Source: Octopus sinensis | Lineage: Eukaryota | Direction: 5' to 3' | DNA length: 64,000 nt | NCBI RefSeq assembly: GCF_006345805.1 | Contig: NC_043003.1 | Coordinates: forward strand, 89,404,001-89,468,000 | Shown: positions 62,801 through 64,000 of the stretch, piece by piece | Layout of the letters: each line of letters opens with the position of its first letter | How positions within the stretch are numbered: the first letter of the stretch is position 1 | Program-made: the position numbers and the translations under genes | Notes under the pieces: model-generated | The model's input: only the letters and a program-made list of their open reading frames with translations | The model's database searches: none | Told to the model about the DNA's origin: nothing

Positions 62801-63480
62801 TTCCAGACCATTCTTTTCCGTACTGGTCATCTCCTGGGAAGCCATTTAACCCTGATCCTGAAATCACTAACAACTAACCTATGTTGGTGGGGTACATTCT
62901 TCACCTGGGGAAGTTTTGGTATTTATTAGCAGCCATCTTTCCCGTTTCCTGGCGAGAATGTAGTCAATCTGACTAGTGTGCCCACTGGACTTGTAGGTGA
63001 ACAGGTTACTGGCAGGTTTCCTGAAGTTAATATTACAGATTATAAGGACATTTACATGACAATTCCAGCAGCCTGCTTCTTTCCTCATTTCAGGAACCAA
63101 ATCTGTTGCCATCATACACACCATGGAAGCCTCTTGGATGTTATTCAACATACCCATTGAAGTTGCCAGCCACAAAGAGGTCTCTGTCATTCATTGATGA
63201 GGTGGCCTGCAGGAGGGTGTCATAAAATCCATCTTTCTTTTTGTCAGGTAGACCTGGCTGAGGGGCATAGGCTGAGATAATGGTTGTTGATCCATGTTGC
63301 AGCACTAGTCTAAGCTTAAGTTTTCTATCGCAAACTCTGACTACCTCGATTACCTTATCAGCTTATTTCTTAGTCAGGAATATGCTCATTCCTCCAACCC
63401 CATCACTATTTCCTGTCCAGAAAATCTTATAACTATGTTCTTTGCCTGTGAGGAATCTAGCCAAACATCCCCTCCACCTT
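59888..63480 (-). mobile_element. Old, nearly full-ORF RTE LINE interrupted by a SINE
   Basis: Runs from the APE region (IISAYAPQPGLPD, GHTSQIDYILAR) through RT to the 3'UTR and (CAT)n tail near 59888. Confidence 0.88.
61678..62063 (+). mobile_element. Full-length young tRNA-derived SINE with 10-bp TSD
   Basis: A box TGGCCCAGTGG and B-box-like GGTTTCGATTCC; CpG-rich. TSD ctgttacact at 61668-61677 and 62064-62073, inside the RTE. Confidence 0.9.
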
Positions 63481-63705
63481 GGATGCAACATATATCAAAA
63501 TATAAAACTTACAAATATTTCATTAAATTATCTCAATGGTTTAATTATACTAAAAATTAATTGAAACAAAATGGTTGATTACTTGAAATATAATCATGAA
63601 AGGATTAAAAGATGATTTCAGATCAACCAGCTTAGCAAAAATACACAAGAAAAGTGTATCAAAGATTTTAATTTATAATTTTTAGCTTAAATTTGGATAT
63701 TATTT

Positions 63706-64000
63706 GCATTATTTACATTCGACGGATATTTGTCCTCATCTTGTTGTTAACACGTTTCAGGTGATATACCCTCCAGCCTTCTTCAGGTGTCTTGGGGAAA
63801 TTTCAAACCTGGGTTCTCATTCCTAAGGTATTTTTTGATGTCATTATTATTATTATTATTATTATTGTTCAGGTCACTGCTCAGAATCGAACTCGGAATT
63901 TTGGGGTTAGTAGTCCGCGCTCTTAACCACTATGCCATATGCCCATGGGCAATTATGGAGTGAATTGTAGGGCTTATAAATCTAATCTTTTCCTATCCTT
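63706..64000 (-). mobile_element. Repeat with tRNA-like Pol III cassette, (AAT)n spacer and degenerate hammerhead motif
   Basis: tRNA-like 63871-63944 (A box TGGCATAGTGG, B box AGTTCGATTC). The minus strand at about 63747-63792 reads ACAC-CUGAAGA-AGGCUG...CACCU-GAAAC-GUGU. Probably continues beyond the window. Confidence 0.65.

Noticed and set aside
63871-63944. tRNA gene
   Set aside because: The acceptor and anticodon stems pair poorly and the cassette is embedded in a repeat; treated as a tRNA-derived promoter.

Overview
AT-rich, microsatellite-rich animal genomic DNA. The RTE, SINE and Penelope repeat content suggests a coleoid cephalopod, most likely Octopus (inference). The only host gene is the middle of POLR3A (RPC1, the largest subunit of RNA polymerase III) on the + strand. 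It has 13 coding exons (7301-59160; 1647 nt = 549 codons) that splice in frame, including the NADFDGD catalytic loop and the bridge helix. One intron has a GC donor. The 5' and 3' ends of the gene lie outside the window. The introns are packed with decayed mobile elements: about 12 RTE LINE pieces in both orientations, a near full-length CR1/L2-group LINE with a PHD/CCCH ORF1, a BovB-like RTE, Helitrons (one tandem CTAG|TC junction, one carrying a LINE ORF1 fragment), mariner/Tc1, hAT, Chapaev3, MULE, Gypsy, Penelope-like pieces and tRNA-derived SINEs. No intact transposase or RT ORF was found. The most interesting signals are RNA motifs on the minus strand: a well-formed minimal hammerhead ribozyme (33439-33473), and a repeat that joins a tRNA-like Pol III promoter to a damaged hammerhead (63706-64000). 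All calls were made by eye; no searches were run, and TE boundaries without a TSD are approximate.
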